A DNA stretch of 64,000 nt from Devosiaceae bacterium (GCA_045105395.1 JBGCDM010000007.1:11440-75439); one strand, 5' to 3'; counted from the first letter of the stretch, positions 1 through 9,488 are shown. Notes: generated by a model from the sequence alone, not told the origin. Program-made: numbers and translations.

Positions 1-2135
1 ACCAGCGGCATGAGATGCCCACGATACTGAACCAGATCGCGATCATTGGCATGCTCAATGGCCTCAGTTTGTATCTCTTCAAGACGTGTAACCAGAGACA
101 GAAGCACCGCTTTGGGTTCCTCGCCGCCAGCGCGGAACACGAGCAACGACACTGGTTTGGCCTCATCAGAAACACCTACCTCGGTGCTTACCTGGCTCTT
201 CTCTGCAACGTCGCCTTCGATGGCCGAGCCAATAGCATTGGCAATGCCATTTGGATCCAGGATCATGATCACCGATCCATCACCCAAAATCGTGTTGCCA
301 GAGAACATTGTTAAATGCCGCAGCATTGAAGACATCGGCTTCACAACAATCTCTTCTGTATGGAAAACCGCATCAACCACCAGCCCGAAGGTCTGATTGC
401 CAACTTGCATGACGACAATAAAGCCTTCCTCGCCAATCGACGCGGCATCACCGGCAGGTTCCACGCCCAATAGGTGTGAAAGAGGTGACAGCGGAAGAAG
501 CTTATTGCGCAGGCGAAGAACCGGCGTGTTTCGGATCGTCTCGATTTTGTGCTCTGAATCTTTCTGCGCACGCACCAGTTCAACCACCGCCAACTGCGGG
601 ATGGCAAAGCGTTCGCCCGAGGATTCAACAATCAGTGTCGATACAATCGCCAGCGTCAGTGGGATCTTGATCATGACCACAGTGCCACGACCTTCCGCAG
701 ACTTCAGATCAATCGTGCCACCAATGGCTTCAATATTTGTGCGCACCACATCCATGCCCACGCCACGGCCAGATACATTGGTTACCTTTGCAGCGGTCGA
801 CAGGCCCGGATGGAAGATGAGTTTATGCACTTGCGCTTCAGGCATGCGCTCGATTTCGGCTTCGGTGTAAAGCTCGTTATCAATCGCCTTCTTCTTCAAA
901 AGCTCGGTGGGCAAGCCTTTGCCATCATCAGCAATTTCAATGATGATGTGACCACCCTCATGATAAGCGGCGAGTTTAATGGTGCCTTTTTCAGGCTTAC
1001 CAGCCATGGCCCGCACATCAGGCATTTCCAAACCATGATCAGCGGAATTGCGAACCATATGGGTCAGTGGATCTTTGATAAGATCAAGCACCTGACGGTC
1101 AAGTTCGGTTTCAGCGCCAACCATTTCTAGGTCGATGTCTTTGCCAAGTTCTCCGGCAAGATCGCGAACGATACGTGGTAGCTTTTGCCACGCATTGCCA
1201 ATCGGCTGCATGCGCGTCTTCATTACACCTTCTTGCAGTTCCGCTGTCACATTGGACAAGCGCTGCAACGGCACCTTGAATTCGGAATCTTCATGGCGAC
1301 GCACAATTTCAAGCAACTGGTTGCGCGTTAGCACCAGTTCAGAAACCATGGTCATTAAGTTCTCAAGCGTATCGACCGAAACGCGGATAGATTGCGAAGC
1401 CAAGGATTTTTCACCCGCAGGCTTATCGGCTGCATCAGCTGCTGGCGCGGGGCGCTTAACCGGAGCTTTGGTTGCTGGTTTTGCAGGCTCTGAAGCTTCA
1501 ACATTTGGCACATCCACTGCCACCGGTTCAACTTGTACATCCGTGGTATCGTCGGTGTTACCGGCACTAGCCTTTACCTCGGCCAACGCCTCTTCCATCT
1601 GCTGTTTTGCAGCAGCTTCAGCGTCATAGTCGCTCTCAGTTTCAGCAAAAATTCTGTCAAGTTCATCCAGTGGCACTTCGCCCAACCGAACTTCGCGCTC
1701 TGGTTCCGGCTCGGGCTCTGGTTCTGGCTCAGGTTCGGCAGCGGGTGCCTCGCCGCTTTCAGCAGCAATGGACATGCGCTCAAGTTCGTTGATCAAGTCT
1801 TGATCATCACCCGATGGCTCGGTTCCATTGGCCTCCAGGTCGGCCAAGATAGCTTTGAGGCGATCAATGGACAGCAAAATAAGGCTAACGCCTTCGGTCG
1901 TGACTGGACACCCATCACGATATTTGCCCATCAGTGTCTCACCAGCATGGGCAAGACTTTCCAGACGCGGCAGACCAAGGAAACCACACGTCCCTTTGAT
2001 CGTGTGAACCAACCTGAAAATATTATCCAGGATTTGAGCGTTATTGGGATCCTGTTCGAATTTTACCAGTTCAACGTCAACAACGTCGAGGCTTTCATTG
2101 GTTTCGGTCAGGAACTCAAGAAGAAGATCGTCCAT
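1..2135 (-). CDS. cheA: Chemotaxis histidine kinase CheA (3' end runs off the left edge of the window)
   Basis: Missing from the ORF track because it has no stop in the window. Manual reverse-strand translation from the ATG (complement of 2133-2135) gives MDDLLLEFLTETNESLDVVDVELVKFEQDPNN...RLVHTIKGTCGFLG (HPt/P1 phospho-His motif). This is followed by an (EP)6 linker, HATPase motifs (NSADHGLE, GRGVGMDVV) and a CheW-like tail ...VQYRGHLMPLV that is still open at position 3. The + strand ORFs at 15..2168 are antisense shadows. Confidence 0.9.
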   Translation of the reverse strand, partial: MDDLLLEFLTETNESLDVVDVELVKFEQDPNNAQILDNIFRLVHTIKGTCGFLGLPRLESLAHAGETLMGKYRDGCPVTTEGVSLILLSIDRLKAILADLEANGTEPSGDDQDLINELERMSIAAESGEAPAAEPEPEPEPEPEPEREVRLGEVPLDELDRIFAETESDYDAEAAAKQQMEEALAEVKASAGNTDDTTDVQVEPVAVDVPNVEASEPAKPATKAPVKRPAPAADAADKPAGEKSLASQSIRVSVDTLENLMTMVSELVLTRNQLLEIVRRHEDSEFKVPLQRLSNVTAELQEGVMKTRMQPIGNAWQKLPRIVRDLAGELGKDIDLEMVGAETELDRQVLDLIKDPLTHMVRNSADHGLEMPDVRAMAGKPEKGTIKLAAYHEGGHIIIEIADDGKGLPTELLKKKAIDNELYTEAEIERMPEAQVHKLIFHPGLSTAAKVTNVSGRGVGMDVVRTNIEAIGGTIDLKSAEGRGTVVMIKIPLTLAIVSTLIVESSGERFAIPQLAVVELVRAQKDSEHKIETIRNTPVLRLRNKLLPLSPLSHLLGVEPAGDAASIGEEGFIVVMQVGNQTFGLVVDAVFHTEEIVVKPMSSMLRHLTMFSGNTILGDGSVIMILDPNGIANAIGSAIEGDVAEKSQVSTEVGVSDEAKPVSLLVFRAGGEEPKAVLLSLVTRLEEIQTEAIEHANDRDLVQYRGHLMPL
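1698..1736 (-). repeat. Low-complexity (Glu-Pro)6 linker coding repeat inside cheA
   Basis: Reverse translation reads A-EPEPEPEPEPEP-ERE. The GAR-CCN dinucleotide-codon repeat is visible in the DNA (ggttccggctcgggctctggttctggctcaggttc). Confidence 0.8.
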
Positions 2136-2378
2136 ACTCACACCTCAAATGGTCGCTTACTAAAATGAAGCGAACAATTGTGAATCCAGGGCGCAGGTCG
2201 ATCGACCAGACTCCCAGCACTTTCACTTATGAATGTGGATTGGAACGGTTAATTTAAGCTGAAACGAGCAAACCAATTCGTTCCAGCTAACATAATACGA
2301 TGGCAGAACGCCTTCAGGTCAATTTCTCAACGTCACTTTTCAGCGAAAATGCCGCTAGGGAAATCGATCATAGTTACA

Positions 2379-3017
2379 TCATTTTGGCGAAGTGCGAAAA
2401 GTAACAGATGTCTCATCCATATCCGGCTCAATGGAGACGCCAACCTCATCCGCCAACCGAACAAGATGAAAAAGATGCACGTTACGAGCATGAATACCAT
2501 CCACCCAGCGGCCAGATAACGCATCTTCAGCGCCTTGGGGAATAATCACCTTTTTGGCTTCTGCGCGCACCGCCAATTGCACCTGCCCGGTAAGATCAGT
2601 GCCGTCAACACTGATATCGCCACCACGTGGCACAGCGTCTTTGGTCAAAGAAACAAGGCCAAGAACCAGCTTGGCCACTTTTTTAGGGACAATGAGCCGC
2701 TCCAAATTCCAGGCAAGCGTTGTGCGATGATCGGTGATGTAGGGAATGGCAGCGTCTTTAGCTTCGCCCAGGTCAACATCACCACCCACATCGCCATAGG
2801 CACCATATGCAATGCGAACAAAGGTCAATTTGTTCACCGCCTGCACGCTGGATTTTTGCATCAATGTTTGGGCAACTTCGCGTGTGGACTCATCCTTGGC
2901 CGTGGACCACATCTCCATCGCGCTGGATGACGCGCCAACGGGCGAGATAATGTCGTGGCATGTCTTACTGACGATAAGCGAGGCAAGCTCCATCGCGGTG
3001 GGTTCGGTGAACGACAT
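2379..3017 (-). CDS. chpT: Histidine phosphotransferase ChpT-like (DUF2328 type)
   Basis: ORF 2379..3062 trimmed to the ATG at 3017, which has an AAGGA RBS 7 nt upstream. MSFTEPTAMELASLIVSKTCHDIISPVGA carries the H-D-x-x-x-P-x-G-A phospho-His helix. The ~212 aa size and the degenerate, kinase-like C-terminal half fit ChpT of the CckA-ChpT-CtrA relay. Confidence 0.7.
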   Translation of the reverse strand: MSFTEPTAMELASLIVSKTCHDIISPVGASSSAMEMWSTAKDESTREVAQTLMQKSSVQAVNKLTFVRIAYGAYGDVGGDVDLGEAKDAAIPYITDHRTTLAWNLERLIVPKKVAKLVLGLVSLTKDAVPRGGDISVDGTDLTGQVQLAVRAEAKKVIIPQGAEDALSGRWVDGIHARNVHLFHLVRLADEVGVSIEPDMDETSVTFRTSPK

Positions 3018-3106
3018 ATCTTTATCCTTATGGAGTGACTTACTGCGGCGCGTTCTGAGCACCGAATCGGGCTGAGTGTATCAAGCTCGACACTAGGGGG
3101 AAGTGG

Positions 3107-3589
3107 TTAAGGGGCCAGTGTTTCACGCAACAGCGCCCAGTTGGCATCGGCATCAACAATCATCCGCTCAGCTTCCAGAAGAAAGGCATAGCGAGAGGCC
3201 ACATTCTTAAAAAAGAAAACGCGCCCCCCTAAGGAAACCCATATTTCCGGATGTCCAGGGGTTGCCGTTCCCCGCGCAACAAACAAAGCGCCATGCCCGC
3301 CAAAGGCCGGCAAAAACAAACTGGGCTCGGCCAGAAATGCCTCCAAATTGCCAGCGCTTGCAAACCGCCAAGCTAAATTTTCGTGAAGCACCTCATACTC
3401 GGCGGTGCCTTCACGCGCCTCGCCATCAGCAAAATAAGCCACCGGATCATAGCCAAACAAAGCCAACTGAAAATCAGGGTTCGAAACGATGCGTTCGCTG
3501 CCCGTTACACCGCTGGGCAGCAAAAGTGCAGCGCTAAAAAACGCAGCAACAGCCGCTCTGGCTAAGTGTTTATAAGCAATCAGAACCAT
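3107..3589 (-). CDS. Secreted YHS-domain-like protein
   Basis: ORF 3107..3643 trimmed to the ATG at 3589 (MVLIAYKHLARAAVAAFFSAALLLPSGVTG, a signal-peptide-like start). The motif GYDPVAYF..G.A..G....Y......W.F.S..N...F is typical of periplasmic YHS-domain proteins. The family call is from memory only. Confidence 0.55.
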   Translation of the reverse strand: MVLIAYKHLARAAVAAFFSAALLLPSGVTGSERIVSNPDFQLALFGYDPVAYFADGEAREGTAEYEVLHENLAWRFASAGNLEAFLAEPSLFLPAFGGHGALFVARGTATPGHPEIWVSLGGRVFFFKNVASRYAFLLEAERMIVDADANWALLRETLAP

Positions 3590-3797
3590 TCGTTCACCAT
3601 ATTGCGCGTAAATTAGGACCAGGACGCCTAAACGCGCTCGCAATGAAACTTGCCGCCAAAATCACCTGTTAACGGCCTTACTATCGCCCAATCCTAACAG
3701 TGATCGTTAAGCGGACCGTTAAGCGCGGCGCACAAATGGCAACAAATTTCAGGCGAAGTCATCCATCGCCCATGTACCTTTTGGAAGGAAACTGATC

Positions 3798-4424
3798 ATG
3801 CCGGCTACAGCCATATCGTTGAGTCAGACTATTTCACCTGCAGCCACAAAGCGCTGGCAAGGAATGGCGTTGGCATGCGTTCTAGCGCTCTTGCTAACGT
3901 TTCTCACACCCTTAATGACGCGCGCGCAGGCGCAAACTGGAAACACATTTTCTTCCCAAGAGATCGTAGATTCAGGTCATGTGTTTTTCGGAACAATGGC
4001 CCAGGGCATGGCGCAGGTCATCGAAAACCTGACATCACAATATGGCCAACCTAACGGGTATATATTGGGTGAAGAGGCAAGCGCAGCATTCTTTGGCGGC
4101 CTTCGTTATGGCGAAGGCACGCTTTACACCCGCAACGCAGGCAACCACCGCGTATTCTGGCAAGGGCCGTCTATCGGTTTTGATGTTGGTGGCGATGGCA
4201 CACGCACAATGGTTCTGGTCTACAATCTTCCATCGGTAGAAAGCATGTATCAACGCTACCCAGGGGTAAGCGGTTCAGCTTTCTTGGTCGGAGGGCTTTC
4301 TGTTTCAGCAGCACAGAGTGGCCAGGTGGTTGTCGCGCCCATTCGCGCAGGCATTGGTGCGCGCTTGGGCATCAATGTTGGCTATCTAAAGTTTACGCCA
4401 GAACCGACCTGGAACCCTTTCTAA
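3798..4424 (+). CDS. Secreted conserved hypothetical protein (DUF1134-like)
   Basis: ATG preceded by GGAAGGAA. The N-terminus is a signal peptide (...LLTFLTPLMTRAQAQ). The Gly-rich C-terminal half (GGLRYGEGTLYTRN...WQGPSIGFDVGGDG...VGYLKFTPEPTWNPF) resembles DUF1134 proteins of alphaproteobacteria. Confidence 0.6.
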   Translation: MPATAISLSQTISPAATKRWQGMALACVLALLLTFLTPLMTRAQAQTGNTFSSQEIVDSGHVFFGTMAQGMAQVIENLTSQYGQPNGYILGEEASAAFFGGLRYGEGTLYTRNAGNHRVFWQGPSIGFDVGGDGTRTMVLVYNLPSVESMYQRYPGVSGSAFLVGGLSVSAAQSGQVVVAPIRAGIGARLGINVGYLKFTPEPTWNPF

Positions 4425-4551
4425 GGATTAACTTCAGTTACCTAGCCTGCACGCCCAACCGGCTAAACACATGAATGTGACCGGCATCACGGCCTGCGCA
4501 AGCGTTTTTGTTAAGGCTGTTGCGCAACCATCCCTTGCGTAAAACAGAGGT

Positions 4552-5886
4552 ATGGTTGACACTGGGTTAAGGTGCATTTTGCGCACCATACCTTACCTCA
4601 TTTTGCTGGATCAAAGCGCCGTGACCGTAGCTAGTACAGTTGTTTTCCTCCTTGGTTTTTTATGCGCCTGCTTGCTAGGCCTCATCGCATGCAGGCTCGT
4701 TTGGGTGCGCGCTGTGCGCCTAACGCGTGCACGGCTGGAACGTGATCGTCCCGAAACTTTGCGGGCCTTTGAAGCACGTATTGCCGGTGCTCAAGCGCGT
4801 GCTGCCATCAGCATTCGCGAGCTGGAACGAGCGCTTGAGCGCGAGCGCCAAATTTCCGCTCAAGCGCGCCTAATGGCTGATCAAATGGGGTCATCTTCTG
4901 CACTCGCACTTGCCGAACGCGACGACACGCAATCCTCGCTGATAAATCTAAGCGATACACTTAATGGTACCCGTGAGCGTTTGCGCGATCACGAAGAAAC
5001 ATTGGTTCAGCGAAACAATGACATTGCTGACTTAAGACGTGACCTTGTGGACGTCCGCCAAGAGTTGGCTATGCGCGATGATGACCTTAATAGGATGACA
5101 GGTGAAGCTGATGCCTTGCGCGCAGAACTTGCTGCACACATGGTCGGCAACAGCGACCCAGCTAGTGTGAAGGAATTGGCACAAAGCGGTGATGCTGCCG
5201 CTATGGCGCGAACACAAATCGAGAGCCTGCGCGAAACCGTGCGATCACTGCGAGCAGAAAAAAATGCTGCTGAAGCCTCTGCTGCTCGTGCTCGTCTCTT
5301 GTTAGACGCCCGCGAGGATAACCAGGTTATCGCCGCTGCAAAAGCTGATTTCGAAGCACAACGTAAAGGTATGGAAGCTCGTATCAGCCAGCTAGAAGCT
5401 GAGTTGCAAAATGCGCCGCGCCGTACCGGACCACAACTTGTTGACCTTGGCGCTTTGGGCAGTGCAGATGCACCAGCTTTAGCCACGCCATCAACAGAAG
5501 TGTCGCAAGCAACAGATCTTGATTCATTGCGTAATTCCATTGATGCGATGACCGCATCACTGACAGCCACCGCTGCTAGCGCAACCGGCGGAAATGATCG
5601 CATCAATGCGTTGCTAGATGAAGCCGAAGAAGAAGGTGCTGATAGCAATCTTGTCACATCGCTTGTTGAAGCGCGCAACCGCTTGCGCAGCAAAAAGGCG
5701 ACGCCAAAATCCCCAAGAAAGTCCGCTGTATCAACGCGTGGCAAAACTGGTGACGGTCAGACAAAAACGGACTCGAAAACAAAATCGGCCAACGCCAAAC
5801 TTGTTGCGGCGACAGCTTCGGGCACGAGCTCTGAAAAAGCCGGCGGCATGCCTAGAGCCAGTGAAAGCGACCTTAAGGTAATTTGA
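4552..5886 (+). CDS. Membrane-anchored coiled-coil protein, function unknown
   Basis: 444-aa ORF. One N-terminal TM helix (VVFLLGFLCACLLGLIACRLVWV) is followed by ~300 aa of Ala/Arg/Glu/Leu-rich heptad-like sequence and a Lys/Ser/Thr-rich basic tail. The 245-aa antisense ORF 5007..5744 is a shadow. Confidence 0.6.
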   Translation: MVDTGLRCILRTIPYLILLDQSAVTVASTVVFLLGFLCACLLGLIACRLVWVRAVRLTRARLERDRPETLRAFEARIAGAQARAAISIRELERALERERQISAQARLMADQMGSSSALALAERDDTQSSLINLSDTLNGTRERLRDHEETLVQRNNDIADLRRDLVDVRQELAMRDDDLNRMTGEADALRAELAAHMVGNSDPASVKELAQSGDAAAMARTQIESLRETVRSLRAEKNAAEASAARARLLLDAREDNQVIAAAKADFEAQRKGMEARISQLEAELQNAPRRTGPQLVDLGALGSADAPALATPSTEVSQATDLDSLRNSIDAMTASLTATAASATGGNDRINALLDEAEEEGADSNLVTSLVEARNRLRSKKATPKSPRKSAVSTRGKTGDGQTKTDSKTKSANAKLVAATASGTSSEKAGGMPRASESDLKVI

Positions 5887-6105
5887 CAGTCGCGCTCGCT
5901 GCGCAGACAGAATGCTATCTGCCGCAAGAGACACGAAGGCTATGACCTCAGCTAATCAGGCTCTAACGATCGCACGCCAAAGCTGGTCATAAAACTCTAA
6001 GCATAGTTGTAGAACTGTTGAAGGTGTCACTGCGTCTTACGAGCCAAGTGGCAGACCTAATCTCTTGCTGCTGATGTCTGGGCCAAACTTATCGACCAGG
6101 GCTAC

Positions 6106-6621
6106 CTAACCGGTTTGTTCCACCGGCAAACCGTTCTCGTCCAGAGCAACACCAATATGGTTCCGTCCTAAAGTATCATTTGAGCTGCGCGGTTCCGGGC
6201 CAAAATATTCATCTGTACTCACGAAGCGGCGCGGATACAAAATGCAATCTGCCATACGATTATAAAGCGCCTTGGCAGAAACGGGCTTTGACAAGAAGTG
6301 GTTCACGCCAAGCTTCGATGAAGCCAAAACGCGGCTACGCTCGGTATGGCCCGACAGCATGATAATCGGCACATAGGCGCAGACAAAGTTTGGTTGACGG
6401 ATCAGCTTAACCAGCTCTGCACCATCAAGAACCGGCATGACCCAGTCGACGATGATGAGGTCTGGTGGCTGCATCTCGATTTTCTCAAGAGCATCTGCAC
6501 CATCTTCAGCTTCATGAATGCGACGTGCGCCAAACCCACGCAACATGGCCGACACGATGCGCCGCATATAGGCGGAGTCATCGATCACCATAATGTCTAG
6601 TGGGGCTACATCAATATACAT
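6106..6621 (-). CDS. Single-domain response regulator (receiver domain plus a ~45-aa tail)
   Basis: DIMVIDDSAYMRR...PDLIIVDWVMPVLDG...IIMLSGH...HFLSKP shows the acidic pocket, the phospho-accepting Asp (IVDW) and the conserved Lys (SKP) of CheY-like receivers. No output domain is visible. Confidence 0.85.
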   Translation of the reverse strand: MYIDVAPLDIMVIDDSAYMRRIVSAMLRGFGARRIHEAEDGADALEKIEMQPPDLIIVDWVMPVLDGAELVKLIRQPNFVCAYVPIIMLSGHTERSRVLASSKLGVNHFLSKPVSAKALYNRMADCILYPRRFVSTDEYFGPEPRSSNDTLGRNHIGVALDENGLPVEQTG

Positions 6622-6970
6622 AAAGATGGTTATAGCCCATGCTCACTAAAACAAATGTAAACGCCGCCAACACTTTCCAACTGTTGGCGAGCCAATTCCA
6701 ACAAACCAGATCACGTACGGCCAAAGCTGCATGGGTTTGATGCACATTCGGTGAAATGCCGACGCCACAAAAGCACCCCGCCCTACTGAATTCAGGCCGT
6801 TTGGATGATCTCATCCGCAGGTGCGCTCAACCAGGCATGATCGCCGCAGACGAGGAGGCGACAATGACATCTCACCCTCTAGTCTAGTGGTGTCAAAACT
6901 TGCACTTGTCGATTATAGGCATCCCGGCGGATGGCCTACTCTTCAAGAGCTTCCAAGGTTTGCTTGTGCC

Positions 6971-8158
6971 CTACCGCTCCAAAATACCTCTGATCTCGCT
7001 CATATTGGTGCGGGCGCGTAGGATGTTCTCGCTCATGATGCTCAAGTGATCAGGCATCAGCACGCCATCTTCGCGGCCATTAGAGATAACCAACGGAGAG
7101 AGCGCTGCCGCCTCGGCGATGTGCTGTTCCATCCGGTCCCAGACGCCGCCCAGATTGCGCGAAGCCACGACGTCAGCGAAATCCTCACGCGCGGCCTGCA
7201 AAAGCCCATGATAGGCAAACATCTGGCCAGAGGCTTCCATGAACAGATTGTCCGCGCGGAAATCAAACCAGCCGCGATCGTTACCGTCCCCCGGCACAAA
7301 TTCATCGAGCTGCGGGTCGTACTGGCGACCGGTGGAACGGCGCGAGAGCTGATCCACGCTTGAGCCAATGTCGCGCGCGATACGGTCCAAAAACTGGATG
7401 AGGTTATCAGCACGCGCGTCAAACAAGGCTTCGCAAGCCTCAAGCCGATCATTGTAGCGCTCATAAAGTGGGATCGCATTGGCAAACAAACGCGAGGACG
7501 GCTGAACCGGTCCAAAAGGACGTTGATCATCCAGTGGATTGAACCACCATGTTTGCTCATCAAACTGCAGGCGGCCACGCGCGGTTTCTAGGTCGCTATC
7601 GGCGCCGGATGTTCCACGTTCACGGCCCAGCACATCCACCAGTTCAACTGCAGTGCGGCGCAGGGCAATCAGCACCCCAGTTTGGAAGGCCGCTTTGTTG
7701 TCGAGAAATGGGGTCGCCTCCCACTCAATGAGCCCCAGAATACCAACTTTATACTGTGGCATGCTTGGCACCCACGCGTTGCGATTCACCATCAAGTCCA
7801 GCAGATAGACCTGCATATCCACGATCTGCGAACGGTCACAGGTGCGCGCATCTGTGGGGGAGCCATCAACGGTTGCGGTCTCTTCGGCGGTGGCCATGGC
7901 GTTCGCACGCAGCACATCCTGCGGATAGGTTAGCGTGTCGCCGCGTGTCCAAAGCACATTCCAGAAGAAGGTGATGTTCCAAATAAGAAACAGAATGAGG
8001 AAGATGAGCAGCCCGCCGCGCCACGCGATGCGACCCGTTGCGCGCATGCCGCGCATCTTTTCCGGGCCGCCCTCTTCAGGCTTGGGCAAACGCAGTTTGA
8101 ACAGCGCAATGAACCCGCGCCACATAGCCCGCAGCCAATCAATAATGGGGTCAAACAT
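6971..8158 (-). CDS. Single-pass membrane protein, DUF2333-like (fifth and last gene of the operon)
   Basis: ORF 6971..8251 trimmed to the ATG at 8158 (AAGGA RBS; 22 nt after the upstream stop at 8181). A basic N-terminus is followed by the TM helix GGLLIFLILFLIWNITFFWNVLW and a ~330-aa soluble domain. The C-terminal motifs ARADNLIQFL and DNLFMEASGQMFAYHGLLQAAREDFADV resemble what I recall of DUF2333 proteins. This has not been checked by search. Confidence 0.6.
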   Translation of the reverse strand: MFDPIIDWLRAMWRGFIALFKLRLPKPEEGGPEKMRGMRATGRIAWRGGLLIFLILFLIWNITFFWNVLWTRGDTLTYPQDVLRANAMATAEETATVDGSPTDARTCDRSQIVDMQVYLLDLMVNRNAWVPSMPQYKVGILGLIEWEATPFLDNKAAFQTGVLIALRRTAVELVDVLGRERGTSGADSDLETARGRLQFDEQTWWFNPLDDQRPFGPVQPSSRLFANAIPLYERYNDRLEACEALFDARADNLIQFLDRIARDIGSSVDQLSRRSTGRQYDPQLDEFVPGDGNDRGWFDFRADNLFMEASGQMFAYHGLLQAAREDFADVVASRNLGGVWDRMEQHIAEAAALSPLVISNGREDGVLMPDHLSIMSENILRARTNMSEIRGILER

Positions 8159-8180
8159 GGGTATGTCCTTATCTGGCAGG

Positions 8181-9488
8181 CTAGTGCAGCCCAAAAAACG
8201 CCTCACGCACCTTCGCGCGCATACGCCAGCGGTCGTGCGTGTTCGGCGCATAATGCGTGGTGAGATAGTCTACCGCAAATGCCTTTTGGCGCTCGGTGTA
8301 GGTCTCGTAGATGTCGTAAAAACGACGCTTGTTCAAAATGAAGGTCGAGAGCAGATCAAAAGGTAGATGCTCGACAATGATACGATTGATATCAGAGGCA
8401 CCAGGCGCATCCGGCACGGCGCGGCGGAAATAAAACCGCTGTTCAGGTGTTAGCCGCCGCTCATAGGCCGCAGCTTCAGCAGGCGTATCCAGCAGGCCCC
8501 GCATCTGGCTGATCACACGAAAGCGCCTGTCAGGGTTTAGCTTAGCCATGTTGTCGGCAATCCAGCGCGAAAGGTAAGCGTCTTCAATCATACCGCTCGC
8601 ATCAAAGTCGTGATCGCCCAACATCAAAAGCTCAGCAACAAGCAGACGAAGGCGATGCTCCAAAAGACCTGATCGCTTGAGCCATTCAGGGTTAAATGGC
8701 TCCAACAAGCGCTCTTCCTCAAGGTAGGAGAACAGCACTGGCGTTTCGTGCATCGCGATTATAGATGCGCCGAAGGGCTTGGGCACCAGCTGATCGGCAT
8801 CTCCGATCATAACCGAGCCATCCTCGCGCGCCAGCACGTAGGCGCCACCGAAATGGCTGGTCCAAAAAACGTTCGGCCATTGGAAGGAGAGCTGCTGGGG
8901 CAAGAAGCCATTGCGGCGCACATCGCCAACACGTGCAGCGCCAGAAACGATATTCTCCATCAGGTTATGATCGGCCCATGCATTCGGCTCTTTCAAAAAC
9001 CGATCCATTTGGACTTTTAGCGTTTGGGCTTCCTCCAGCAATCCGGTGGGGGTGCGCACGATGAACCGCACATCACGAATACCAAGCACATCAGCGGGAC
9101 GTTCCACATCGAAAACCAAGTTCTCGATTTCGCCATATAACGCGTCTTTCAGCGTAACGGCACGGACCATACGATCATTGGCGGAAAAGAACGCACGGAT
9201 TACTTGTCCATCAGCGGAAAAGGATGTGCGGATCAGTGGTAAATCGGCCTGATCAGGCGAGAGGATGATAAAACGCCGGTTGATGCCTTCAGGATCAAGA
9301 TAAGATGCATTTTGCATCTCCAAGGCAACTTCATAGGAATAGCCAGAGGCATCGATATAGAAATCAGCAAGCTGAGTTTGCGGCAACCCAAAGGCTTGCA
9401 AGGCAGCATTATAGCGCGCCACCAGATGCGCGCTATCCACATGCAGCAGCCCGCCAAAGCGTAAGCCTTCTTCAATTAAGCGCTGCAT
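8181..9488 (-). CDS. Hypothetical cytoplasmic protein, 435 aa (fourth gene of the operon)
   Basis: The ATG at 9488 lies 3 nt after the stop of the upstream AAA gene (TAAccaATG). The reading frame is long and uninterrupted, with no TM segment, no signal peptide and no motif I recognise. Confidence 0.75.
   Translation of the reverse strand: MQRLIEEGLRFGGLLHVDSAHLVARYNAALQAFGLPQTQLADFYIDASGYSYEVALEMQNASYLDPEGINRRFIILSPDQADLPLIRTSFSADGQVIRAFFSANDRMVRAVTLKDALYGEIENLVFDVERPADVLGIRDVRFIVRTPTGLLEEAQTLKVQMDRFLKEPNAWADHNLMENIVSGAARVGDVRRNGFLPQQLSFQWPNVFWTSHFGGAYVLAREDGSVMIGDADQLVPKPFGASIIAMHETPVLFSYLEEERLLEPFNPEWLKRSGLLEHRLRLLVAELLMLGDHDFDASGMIEDAYLSRWIADNMAKLNPDRRFRVISQMRGLLDTPAEAAAYERRLTPEQRFYFRRAVPDAPGASDINRIIVEHLPFDLLSTFILNKRRFYDIYETYTERQKAFAVDYLTTHYAPNTHDRWRMRAKVREAFFGLH

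Noticed and set aside
15-2168. A series of + strand ORFs of 60-211 aa covering the first 2.1 kb
   Set aside because: They are antisense shadows of cheA. The minus strand reads as an uninterrupted, fully recognisable CheA, while the + strand products are low-complexity sequences rich in Ser, Arg and Cys.
5007-5744. 245-aa minus-strand ORF inside the coiled-coil gene
   Set aside because: The product is rich in Ala, Ser and Arg and has no features. This is a typical GC-rich antisense frame opposite an Ala/Glu/Arg-rich coiled coil. The + strand frame has a TM helix and coherent heptad structure.
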